Source of the DNA: Candidatus Oleincola secundus
Lineage (GTDB): Bacteria; Atribacterota; Phoenicimicrobiia; Phoenicimicrobiales; Stramentimicrobiaceae
Direction: 5' to 3'
Assembly (NCBI GenBank): GCA_018400815.1
Contig: JAGYLS010000011.1
Coordinates: 1 to 38,140 of the forward strand
DNA length: 38,140 nt
Part shown: in pieces, positions 25,481-35,338 of the stretch
Layout: every line of letters starts with the position of its first letter
Numbering within the stretch: the stretch's first letter is position 1
Made by a program: the position numbers and the translations under genes
The notes under the pieces: model-generated
What the model was told of the DNA's origin: nothing
The model's database searches: none
Seen by the model: only the letters and a program-made list of their open reading frames with translations

Positions 25481-27655
25481 ATGTCACTTAAAACCCTAAA
25501 TGAAATACTATTTCAAAGTGCAGATAAGTTTAAAGAAGAGACCTGCCTTTAAAGTAAAAGCATAAACAATTCGTGCCAATTAACTTCTCAGGAACTTTAT
25601 CAAAAGTCACCAATTTTTTGGAACAGGATTGCTGGAATTAGGAAACTTTAAAAAGGTAATCATATCGGACTAATATCCGAAAACCGTCTGGAATGGATTC
25701 TCAGTGATCTGGCTATAATCGGTATTATCAGTGCTGTGGATGTTCCTGCCAGCGGCAACGGGTTATACCAGAGATGTTGCCTTTAAATTAGAGCACTCTG
25801 ATTCTATTGCAAGCATTTTAGAAGGAAAAATATTAACAGAATTTTTAAAAAGTTTCCTCCGCTTTCCAATATTAAAACACTAATTCTGCTCGACCAGGTT
25901 AAAGTTTTTCCGATTCGCAAGAAAACCCTGAATGGGCTATATATTCCTTTTCAAGAGCAATGGAAAAATTGATAAGTATTCTATCAAAATATGCTCAATT
26001 ATCACCAATAATTCCAGTTATCTACTTTTATATCAGAAAATGCTAAGTTTTTAGAAAATTATGTAACAAAACAAGGAGAAGAGTTGGCCAAGCTTGAGCT
26101 TAAAAAATATCTCAGAATTGCAAAGAGAAAATTTTAGCAAAAAACACGAATAATTAAGCAAGGACAAGTGAAAATATTCCGGTTATTTGTTCTTTTACCA
26201 AGATTTACAATTTGGAAACAGTTGAGTAGAAAAAAGGTGACCACCGTTTTGTTGATATAGCTAAAAAGCTCAACCAGATGATCTGATTAGTATTATCTAT
26301 ACATCAGAGACTTCATCAGATCCCTAAGGAGTTATGTTAACTCACCGGAACACGTTATGCATAATGTTAATAATTTACCCAAAACAGTTGGCGAACCTAC
26401 ATGAAAGAGATCGTTTTCTTTCAGTTCTGCCATCATGGCATATCTATGAAAGAACAGTTGAATACTGTTCTATTGGTTTTTTGGTGCCTCTACGGCCTAC
26501 AGCAAACCCTTCAAACAAATATTATTGCCAGACCTCCTTTTGGAAAAACCTACAGTTTTGTGCACCGTTCCACGTATATGGAACAGTTTATATAAAGGCA
26601 TCATGAATAAAATAAAAAATGGAGGAAAGTTTCAGCAATGGATTTTCTTTAAGGGATTGGATATTGGCAAAAAATACAAACATGCTAAAAGAATGCTGGA
26701 TAATAGTTTGCCCCTTTTTGACCGTGACCAATACTCTTCACAGGAAATAAAAGAAGCAAAAAAAACTGTAAGCAATCTTTCCCTGCAATATGGATTAGTC
26801 AATAAACTAGCCTTTAAGAAAATCAGGGATATGCTTGGAGGTGAGGTAAAATTTGCTATAAGCGGTGGTGGGGCATTACAAGAGGATATTGATATTTTTC
26901 TTGATGCGGTTGATGTCTGTGTTTTAGAAGGATATGGCCTAACTGAAACTTCTCCTGTTATTGCAGGTAGATGTCAAAAAAAACCTATTATATTTACAGT
27001 AGGTGAACCAATTCCAAAAACAACTGTTAAAATTGTAGATAAAGAAAAAGATAATGTCATTATGCCTCATGGTCAAACGGGTATAGTTATGGTAAAAGGC
27101 GACCTGGTTATGAAGGGCTATTATAAAAATAAGAATAGGACTGCCCAGGTGCTCAAAGATGGATGGTTCAACACCGGAGATTTGGGTAAAAAAACCTATA
27201 ACGGTAAATATCTAAAAATAATCGGAAGAATTAAAGATACCATTGTCTTAAGAGGTGGAGAAAATGTAGAACCTCAGCCTCTGGAAGATAAATTAAAGGA
27301 AAGTCAATATATTAACATGGTTATCATAGTTGGACAGGACAAACCCAGGCTGGGTGCCTTGATTATCCCTGATTTTGAAGCATTAAAAGAATATGCCCAA
27401 AAGAATAATATTGCTTACCAAACTAAAAGAGATATAATATCTAAAAATGAAATTATATATCTTTTTCAAAAAGAACAAAAACGCTTAATATCCAGAGAAA
27501 ATGGATTTCAGCCTTATGAAACCGTAATTGGTATTGCTCTTCTTTCTGAAGAGTTTACCCATGAAAAGGATGAAATAACTGAGAGTCTAAAATTAAGAAG
27601 ATTTGTTATACACGAAAAATACCAACAAGAGATTGATCAGATATGCGGAAAATAA
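25481..27655 (+). pseudogene. Long-chain fatty acid-CoA ligase (AMP-binding), 5' half multiply frameshifted
   Basis: RBS GGAGG and ATG 25481 (MSLKTLNEILFQSADKF). Fragments GLISE.NRLEWILSDLAI, IIYTS..PKGVMLTHRN and FLSVLPSWHIYER are followed by an intact 3' ORF (26525-27655) with SGGGAL, EGYGLTETSP, VMKGYY, GWFNTGDLG and GENVEP. Confidence 0.85.
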
Positions 27656-27657
27656 AA

Positions 27658-27717
27658 AAATCGGTATGATTTAAAATATTAGTTAGTTAAGCTAATAAGC
27701 TAAAATCATACCGATTT
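27658..27717. terminator. Hairpin between convergent genes, probable bidirectional terminator
   Basis: Perfect 15-bp inverted repeat AAATCGGTATGATTT-N30-AAATCATACCGATTT. Confidence 0.6.
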
Positions 27718-27735
27718 ATAATTTTATATAACCTA

Positions 27736-29751
27736 CTATTCTGGCAAAATGATCTGCTGATAAGGATATATAAGATCAGGATTTTCAATTAGCCCCTGAT
27801 TGGCTTTAAATATTTTCGTCCAGGCAATACCTTCACTATATCTATCTCTAGCTATCGTCCACAAACAATCACCGCTTCTTACTTCATAGAACTGCGTATC
27901 TTCTTCTTTTTCCATAACTGCAATTTTGTCCTTCAATTCAACAACCTCAGCTTGCAATTTATCTATCTGGGCATGACAATTGTTAACATTGTTTTGAATA
28001 GCTTCTCTCTCCTCTATCAAAAAAACCAACTTATCCATCAATTCCTGCTTTTCTTCAAGAGAAAGGTTTTCCTGTTGATTTAACCTGGTCATTAGTTCAT
28101 TTACTGTTATTTCATACTCCTGAATTTTTTGAGCATATCTTTCAATATCCGATATTAGGGCAGCAATTTGTTCTTCCCTATCTTTAATCCTTGCCATTCT
28201 TTCCTGTTGTAACTCTACTTGAGCAGCTATTTCTTCTGTTAACAGGGCACTATCTATCTTAACTACTTCAATTTCTTCCTGATATTTTGCCAGTTGGTTT
28301 TTTAAGGAAGAAATAAGCTCTTTATTTTCTTGATTTTGCCTATTCCATTTATCCTCTTTTTCCACAACTACTTTCTCTAAAGTTTCTATCTCCTGCTGCA
28401 TCTCGGTAAATTGTTTAGCCGAAATAGCATCTTCTTTCTCTCTGGCAATAGCCATCTCTTTCTTTAGTTCTTCCATTTGATTTTGATATAAGCTTAGTTG
28501 ATCAAGCAATGCATTATATTCAGGCTGTTCAATCTCCAAACCTTTTTCTTCCAATTGTTGTTCTAATAATTCCATATTAGACTGTAACTGGTTAAAAGCA
28601 TTCTGATAAGATTTTTCTATTCCCTGAAAATGGGTAACTTCTTCTTTTAAGTCATTTATTTCAGATGAAAATTGTTCAATTTTTTCTCTTAAACTTTCCT
28701 TTAGGGTAACTTTTTCTGTTATGTCTTGTTTTAAAGACAACATCTCATTACCAATTTCTTTTAGGCTCGACTCATATTCTTGGACTTCTGTCTGGAGGCG
28801 GACAATTTTCTGTTTGCTATCCTCTTCCTTGTCCAACCATTCGCTTTCTTTTTCATGCAGAAGAACTTCTAATTTAGATTTTTCCTGTTTTAATTGGTCT
28901 AAACTGGTTTGAATTTCATCTAATATACCTTTTTGCTCTTCTATTACCATAACCTCATCCTGCAAGTCTACAATCTTTTCTTCATAATCGGATAATTGGT
29001 TTTGCAGTAGTTGATATTCCCTTTGAATTTGCTCTAATATAGAGTCTCTCCGTTCAATTTCTTCTTCCAATTCTTTCTTATTAACCTGTAATTGGCTTAT
29101 CTCTTGAACGCGAGCTTCATCATTCTGTTCCAGGGCTAATTTCTCCTGATGTGTAGAAATATTCTCTTTATAGTTGTTCATTTCTTGTTCCAAGCTTTTT
29201 CTTTTCAAAATTTCTGTATCCAAATATGTCTCTAATCCTGCTATTTTTTCATTTACTGAATTAATATCTAGTTTATATTTGCTAATTTCTTGCTGTAAAG
29301 AAGAAATGATTTCTTTATTCTCCATTTCTCTGGATTGCCATTGTTCTGCTTTTTCCTCTAAGAGAACTTCTAATTTAGATTTTTCCTGTCTTAATTGGTC
29401 TATGTTTTGTGATTCAATTCTATCTTTTTGCAGAGATTCTTCTAATTTTGCACGTAATTCCTGCAATTCTGCCTGATAACTGTTTAGCTGTTTTTGAATT
29501 TCATCATCCCTGTCTTCTATTAAATTATCCTCTGGAGTAATTTCCTCTTTTTCCTTTCTTTCTTTTATTTGTTCTTCCATTTGAGCAATAGCAGTTTCCT
29601 GTTGTTTAATCAGTTGGTCAGAATCTTCCAATAACACTTCTTTTTCAATTAAATCGTCCTGAATTTGGTTTAAACGGTCATAATTTAGATAAGCAAACCC
29701 TGCTACCACTAGAAAAAGGATAATCAAGATTACTGACATACTCTTTGACAT
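27736..29751 (-). CDS. Membrane-anchored long coiled-coil protein with C-terminal LysM domain
   Basis: N-terminal TM helix (VILIILFLVVAGFAYL), about 590 aa of E/K/Q/L heptads, and LysM YEVRSGDCLWTIA..WTKIFKAN..NPDLIYPYQ. Start at 29751 is favoured by RBS GGGAGG; the ORF track starts at 29790. Confidence 0.85.
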   Translation of the reverse strand: MSKSMSVILIILFLVVAGFAYLNYDRLNQIQDDLIEKEVLLEDSDQLIKQQETAIAQMEEQIKERKEKEEITPEDNLIEDRDDEIQKQLNSYQAELQELRAKLEESLQKDRIESQNIDQLRQEKSKLEVLLEEKAEQWQSREMENKEIISSLQQEISKYKLDINSVNEKIAGLETYLDTEILKRKSLEQEMNNYKENISTHQEKLALEQNDEARVQEISQLQVNKKELEEEIERRDSILEQIQREYQLLQNQLSDYEEKIVDLQDEVMVIEEQKGILDEIQTSLDQLKQEKSKLEVLLHEKESEWLDKEEDSKQKIVRLQTEVQEYESSLKEIGNEMLSLKQDITEKVTLKESLREKIEQFSSEINDLKEEVTHFQGIEKSYQNAFNQLQSNMELLEQQLEEKGLEIEQPEYNALLDQLSLYQNQMEELKKEMAIAREKEDAISAKQFTEMQQEIETLEKVVVEKEDKWNRQNQENKELISSLKNQLAKYQEEIEVVKIDSALLTEEIAAQVELQQERMARIKDREEQIAALISDIERYAQKIQEYEITVNELMTRLNQQENLSLEEKQELMDKLVFLIEEREAIQNNVNNCHAQIDKLQAEVVELKDKIAVMEKEEDTQFYEVRSGDCLWTIARDRYSEGIAWTKIFKANQGLIENPDLIYPYQQIILPE

Positions 29752-29973
29752 TATTTCCTCCCTGTTTATGCTGATTCCTTTTTGTTTCATTATATCTATT
29801 ATTTCTTATAACGGCAAATAATACTGTTAATATTTTCTCAGGATAAATCTTCTTATAACATTAGAAAAGACATTATTTTAGCTTGAAAGCCCAGATAGAA
29901 TTAACTATTTCTAAATAACTCTTGGATATTCATACTATTAATCTGGCAATTTCTTTATTGAATAATATCTTTC

Positions 29974-30002
29974 TTAACAAAAAGAAAATATACTGTTATA
30001 AT
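29974..30002 (+). promoter_or_regulatory. Promoter of the Lon-like protease gene
   Basis: TTAACA, 17 nt spacer, TATAAT, with an extended -10 TG (TGTTATAAT). Confidence 0.55.
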
Positions 30003-30100
30003 AAAGTAAATATTTTTATGAAATTAATTATATACCACATAGCACATCAAATAAAAGGAAAACAAAAAATATAAAATTAAAGATTATTTAAGGAGATAAA

Positions 30101-32563
30101 ATGAAATCTGGAAAAGTTATTTACCCCGAGGTCCCGGTTAAACAGCTTAGATGGTATTGTAATTTGGAAAAAGCTGACTTTGCCTCAACAGACGATCTTA
30201 AGCCTTGTAATAAAATACTCGGGCAGGAAAGAGCATTAAAGGCTTTAGAACTAGGTCTTGATATGGAATATCCGGGCTATAATCTTTTTATTACCGGAAA
30301 ATCCGGGACAGGTCGAAGCACAACCATTAAAAAATTATTAAAAGACAGAAAGAGAGAAAATGTTATTTTTGATGATAAATGCTATGTCCATAATTTTAAA
30401 GATCCTGATATGCCCAGAGCAATTAGCCTGCCTGCAGGACAGGGAAATCAATTTAAAAAAGATATGGAAAATCTGGTAAATACACTAAAAAAACACATTC
30501 CTTCCCTATTGGAAAGCGAAAAATACCAGAAAAGCAAAGATGCCATTACTGAAAATTTCAAGAATAAACAACATAGTCTTGTCAAAGAATTCGAGGATAA
30601 GGTAAAGTCAGAAAATTTTACTGTTGTTCAGGTACAAATTGGACCCTATACTAAACCGGACATCCTTCCGGTTATTAATAAAAAGCCAACTAATCTGGAA
30701 AATTTGGAAAACATGGTTGAAGAAGGCAAATTTTCTAGAGAAGAATTTGAAAAAATCAAGCAAAAACATCAGGAATTTAGTCGTGAAATTACTCAAATCT
30801 CTAAAAAGATTAATAATCTACAAAAAGATTTGAGCAAACAATTAAATGAATTAGAGAACAAGATGATTACACCTCTCGTAGAAGAGGAAACTGCAGAAAT
30901 ACAGAAAAAATACAAAAATAAATCTATTGATTCCTATCTAAATGAAGTGAAAAAAAATGTCTTGGAAAACATCAGCCGCTTTCAGGAAAAAAAAGAACAA
31001 GCCCCTGCTATTCCGGGATTAAAATTGCCCCAAGCCAAAGATACTTTTACCGACTATTCAGTTAATGTTTTAGTAGATAATTCCGATACACAATGTTCAC
31101 CTGTTATTATTGAAACACATCCTTCTTATAAAAATTTATTTGGTATAATTGAGAGGAGGATGGACCGAACCGGTCACTGGGTTACGGATTTCACCAAAAT
31201 AAAAGCTGGCTCATTGTTACGGGCAAATGGGGGGTTTCTTGTAGTAAATGCATTAGATTTACTTTTGGAACCTGGGGTCTGGCCGTCATTAAAGAGAACA
31301 TTGCTGAATCAAAAAATTGAACCCGAAACCTATGACCCCTTCCCTATGTTCAGCACATCTGCGCTCAAGCCGGAACCGATAGAATGTAATGTTAAAGTTA
31401 TTATGATTGGGGATCCTTTTATATATCAACTTCTTTATTTTAGAGATCAAGACTTTGAAAAGATTTTCAAAGTTAAAGCGGATTTTGATACAGTTACCGA
31501 AAACAATGCTCAAAATCTCTATCAATATGCCTGTTTTATTAAACAACTCTGTGAAAGAGAAAATTTGCAACCCTTTGACTATAGCGGAATTTCAGGAGTT
31601 ATTGAATATGCCGTAAGATTGGCAGGGAGGCAAAATAAAATATCGACTCATTTTAACAACCTGGTTGATTTACTGAGAGAGGCAAATTACTGGGCAAAAA
31701 GGGAAAATCAAAATACTATCCGGAAAAGGCATGTCAGCCAGGCAATCAAGGAAAGAATCGAGAGGTTGAACCTTATTGAAGAAAAAATTCAAGAGATGAT
31801 TGAACAAGGAACTTTGATGATTGACACCGAAGGTGCAGTAATTGGCCAGGTAAACGGCCTTTCGGTATATGACTTGGGTGAATATTCTTTTGGGAAACCC
31901 ACGCGAATCACTGCCAGAACTTCTATGGGCAGAGCTGGAATTATTAATATTGAGAGAGAAGCTGACTTAAGCGGTAAAACCCACAATAAAGGAATGCTTA
32001 TTTTAAGTGGCTATCTCAGGTCTAAATATGCCCAAGATAAACCATTAACAATTAGTGTCAGTATCTGTTTTGAACAATCTTATTCAGGAGTAGACGGAGA
32101 TAGTGCATCTTCAACCGAAGCCTATGCACTTATTTCGAGTATTGCTAACCTACCGCTAAGGCAGGATATTGCGGTTACCGGATCAATTAATCAAAAAGGT
32201 GAGATACAAGCCATAGGTGGTGTAAATCAAAAAATTGAGGGTTTTTACAGTGTCTGTAAAGCAAAAGGATTAACAGGAACACAGGGTGTTATAATTCCCG
32301 AGACAAACATTCCAGACCTTATGCTAAGAGAGGATATTGTGGAAGCTATCAAGGAAAAGAAATTTCATCTATACTCAGTAAAAACTATTGACCAGGGAAT
32401 TGAAATACTGACCGGAAGAAAAGCTGGAAAAAAACTTGAAAACGGTAAGTTTGAAAAAAACTCTGTTAATAATCTAGTTAACCAAAAACTGTTAGAATTT
32501 GCTATTAAATTGAAAGAATTCAGCGAAGAAAAAGAGGAAGAGCAACGTCAAAATCATAAATAG
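30101..32563 (+). CDS. Lon-like (LonC-type, peptidase S16) protease
   Basis: GQERAL, Walker-A-like GKSGTGRST, coiled-coil insert, AGSLLRANGG, GQVNGLSV, catalytic Ser FEQSYSGVDGDSAS and catalytic Lys GGVNQKIEGF. Confidence 0.92.
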   Translation: MKSGKVIYPEVPVKQLRWYCNLEKADFASTDDLKPCNKILGQERALKALELGLDMEYPGYNLFITGKSGTGRSTTIKKLLKDRKRENVIFDDKCYVHNFKDPDMPRAISLPAGQGNQFKKDMENLVNTLKKHIPSLLESEKYQKSKDAITENFKNKQHSLVKEFEDKVKSENFTVVQVQIGPYTKPDILPVINKKPTNLENLENMVEEGKFSREEFEKIKQKHQEFSREITQISKKINNLQKDLSKQLNELENKMITPLVEEETAEIQKKYKNKSIDSYLNEVKKNVLENISRFQEKKEQAPAIPGLKLPQAKDTFTDYSVNVLVDNSDTQCSPVIIETHPSYKNLFGIIERRMDRTGHWVTDFTKIKAGSLLRANGGFLVVNALDLLLEPGVWPSLKRTLLNQKIEPETYDPFPMFSTSALKPEPIECNVKVIMIGDPFIYQLLYFRDQDFEKIFKVKADFDTVTENNAQNLYQYACFIKQLCERENLQPFDYSGISGVIEYAVRLAGRQNKISTHFNNLVDLLREANYWAKRENQNTIRKRHVSQAIKERIERLNLIEEKIQEMIEQGTLMIDTEGAVIGQVNGLSVYDLGEYSFGKPTRITARTSMGRAGIINIEREADLSGKTHNKGMLILSGYLRSKYAQDKPLTISVSICFEQSYSGVDGDSASSTEAYALISSIANLPLRQDIAVTGSINQKGEIQAIGGVNQKIEGFYSVCKAKGLTGTQGVIIPETNIPDLMLREDIVEAIKEKKFHLYSVKTIDQGIEILTGRKAGKKLENGKFEKNSVNNLVNQKLLEFAIKLKEFSEEKEEEQRQNHK

Positions 32564-32586
32564 TAAGATATAATTTTTGAACTCTA

Positions 32587-32842
32587 TCTTTATTTAACCA
32601 TTACCACCTTCTTTGAAGGCGGTAATGGTTAAATAAAATGGTTTTACCATAAATATAAAGCTATACTAACTGAAATATTTTTACCTTAAATCCTAAATAG
32701 ACGAAAAATAGTATGAAAGGGCTCTTTTAAAAGATAGTCAAGAGATCAAGAGAAAAGAGCAGAGAAAAAACTGTCTAATAAAAACTTAAGCCACTTTTAG
32801 AGGCTTCTTAAAGCCACCCGCTATGCGGGTGCGATATTTACT
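32587..32842 (+). mobile_element. Non-coding hairpin-bounded repeat, copy 2
   Basis: 23-bp hairpin at 32589-32637 (one mismatch). The first ~65 nt are nearly identical to copy 1, the last 38 nt are identical, and the middle is diverged. Confidence 0.6.
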
Positions 32843-32903
32843 GTTATTTGGTTTTTTAGAAATTTTTATTTTTATCTTAAAAATATTTAGGGGGATATTT
32901 GTA

Positions 32904-34025
32904 ATGAAAATCACAGGAACAAAAGGAATCATGTCAGTATGTCTTCTCTTTTTTATCATTCTTCTATCAAGTTTTTCTGTTTTAGCAAACACAGATAACA
33001 ATGTCCAGTTAGAAGAACTTCTGCAGTCCATTATAGAAGAAAAAACTATCATACCAGATGCCTACACCTACATTAATGTAGGAAATTTCTTTATGAATCA
33101 GGAACTGTATCAACCAGCCCAGGAAGAATATAGAAAAGTATTAGAAATTGATTCCTCCAATACCATGGCATTGGTAAATCTAAGTTACGCTCTATTCAAG
33201 GCAGAAGAGTATAGCCAGGTCTTAAATATTTTAGATCAGCTGACTGCCAATGATACTGCTAATGCCTATGCCTATTATATTAAAGGCTTGGTATATAAAG
33301 AACAGAGAGAATTGGAAAAAGCTATTGAACAATACGAAAAAGTAGTTGAACTGATTCCTAATCACCAACAATTAAATGCTGAATTAGGACAGCTTTACCT
33401 TGATGACCACCAACTAATTAAGGCTAATGAAAGATTCGTTGAAATGGGGTATTCTCAACCTCGTCCTCGGATTATGGAAAAACTTATTGCTTATCAAGTT
33501 GATGCTTATTGCTATCTGCACTTAGGTAACTATTATCGTAATAACAATGAATTAGAAAAAGCCCAACAAGCTTATCAAAAAGCAACACAATTTGAAGATG
33601 ATAAAAGGTCAATTGCCCTGGCCTATTTCTATCAAGGAGAAATTGACCTAAAAAATCATCAGTACGATCGTGCAATCATTGAAAAAAAATTAGCCCAGAA
33701 AATATATCCTCTGGGAGACCATAACTTTAACTTTGATACCTTCGCGGAAGCTTTTATTGAAATAGGTGATATATATTATCATGAAGGCAACCTTCCAGAA
33801 GCCTTTAAACACTATGAACTAGCCAGCAATATGGCAAATGCTCAGGATATTTTAGCTCAAGCTCATTATAAGAAAGGCCTGACTTATTATCGAAATCAGG
33901 ATTATGAAAATGCACTAAGAGAAGCAGAAACTGCATTATCACTCAACCCTGATTATCTATCCGATAGACAAAGATTAATTGACTTGCTAATCGCTAACAG
34001 TTGGTCAAAAATAACTAAAAAATAA
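32904..34025 (+). CDS. Secreted tetratricopeptide repeat protein
   Basis: Multiple TPRs (AYYIKGLVY, AHYKKGLTYY) after a signal peptide. Start moved to the ATG at 32904 (RBS AGGGGG) because the track start at 32823 lies inside the repeat element. Confidence 0.85.
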   Translation: MKITGTKGIMSVCLLFFIILLSSFSVLANTDNNVQLEELLQSIIEEKTIIPDAYTYINVGNFFMNQELYQPAQEEYRKVLEIDSSNTMALVNLSYALFKAEEYSQVLNILDQLTANDTANAYAYYIKGLVYKEQRELEKAIEQYEKVVELIPNHQQLNAELGQLYLDDHQLIKANERFVEMGYSQPRPRIMEKLIAYQVDAYCYLHLGNYYRNNNELEKAQQAYQKATQFEDDKRSIALAYFYQGEIDLKNHQYDRAIIEKKLAQKIYPLGDHNFNFDTFAEAFIEIGDIYYHEGNLPEAFKHYELASNMANAQDILAQAHYKKGLTYYRNQDYENALREAETALSLNPDYLSDRQRLIDLLIANSWSKITKK

Positions 34026-34105
34026 AAAACAATTTAATGCTTTTGTTAATTAACTGATTATTTTAATATAAATCCCCTTAACAAATTTAGAGAGGAGATC
34101 TAAAA

Positions 34106-35150
34106 ATGAATGGAACACAATTTCTTAAAGGTTTAGCAATTATTCTTATCGGTGTTATTCTTTTATTAAACAATCTTAATATACTGGAATGGTCTGTCTG
34201 GTATAACATCTTTAGACTTTGGCCATTACTCCTGGTCAGTCTCGGAATTAGCTTAATCTTTAGAAGAAGACTTTCCTGGCTTGCTCCGCTGGTTATAGTG
34301 GCAGGAATTATCATCGGGGTTAGTGCCGGTTATATGGGTGTTGACCTTCACTTGGAAGGCAGGATAGTTACTGAAGTTGAAACATTTCAAAGGGAGGTTG
34401 AACTGGTCTCTGTAATCAAGGAAGTTGAACAGGAGCCTGAAGAAGACGCTGCTATGGAAGAAATTACAACAGAATCTGCTACTGAATCAACAGACGAAGA
34501 ACCCTCCTATGTCGATGAAGAAGAAGCTGTTGGAGAAGACACAGAAATGGTGCCCAGTGTAGAGAAAGTCAATCTCCACTTGAGTTATGATATCGGAGCT
34601 TTTAACCTTGAATTCCCTACTCCTCTGGTTTACCAATGTCAGGTAGCTACCGCTACCGCAATTTAAACCAATCGAAGATTATTCAATTTCAGACCATGAA
34701 GCTAATATTCACATATACCACAATTTTCTATCAGAACCAGGCAAACAATTTCGCAACCCTAAAAATCATATCGACTTAAAACTTAATAAAGAAATAATTT
34801 ATAATATTTTTCTTGAAACAGGCGCTACAACTATAGATTATGATTTATCCAAATTTAAAGTAGAGCAATTTACCATTAAAAGCGGGGCATCTGATATCAA
34901 CATTATTGCTCCGCAATATAATGGAGATATCAATATTAATTCCGGGGTATCTAAAATTGATATAACCATTCCAGCTAACGTAGGGGTTATCCTTCGTTTA
35001 GATACCGGAATAAGCATGAAAGAACTGGATAAAGACTTTCAAATACAGGAAAACAATACATACATTTCAAAAAATTATAATGACTCAGAATACCAACTAA
35101 ATATTAATGTCGATTCCGGGCTTTCTCAAATTAGTATCGATTATATGTAG
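34106..35150 (+). CDS. LiaF/DUF5668-like membrane protein with C-terminal beta-rich domain, broken by a frameshift near 34645-34660
   Basis: N-terminal GVILLLNNL..RLWPLLLVSLGISLIF TM domain. An open +1 frame continues QFKPIEDY..LETGATTIDYDLSKFKV..IKSGASDINI..INSGVSKIDI..VDSGLSQISIDYM to the TAG at 35148-35150. Confidence 0.75.
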
Positions 35151-35182
35151 TTAATCTTTTCATGTCTGCTGCCAATATAAAT

Positions 35183-35237
35183 AAGCAAGTGTTATGCTAT
35201 TAGCCAAGTATATAGGACGATAACATAACGCTTGCTT
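35183..35237. terminator. Hairpin between convergent genes, probable terminator
   Basis: AAGCAAGTGTTATGCTAT-N19-ATAACATAACGCTTGCTT, an 18-bp stem with two non-Watson-Crick positions. Confidence 0.55.
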
Positions 35238-35338
35238 TTATTGCTTAATTATTCTAACTATTTTAGTTAGATAATCATTCTATAACCTATAACTATTCTT
35301 TCTCTTTTTCAATAATTATTTTTCTGAAAAATCATTAT

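Noticed and set aside
26334..26606. ORFs 26334-26606 and 26401-26595 as separate genes
   Set aside because: They are fragments or alternate frames of the frameshifted acyl-CoA ligase.
32786..33052. 88-aa minus-strand ORF
   Set aside because: It is antisense to the TPR gene and runs into the non-coding repeat; no motif support.
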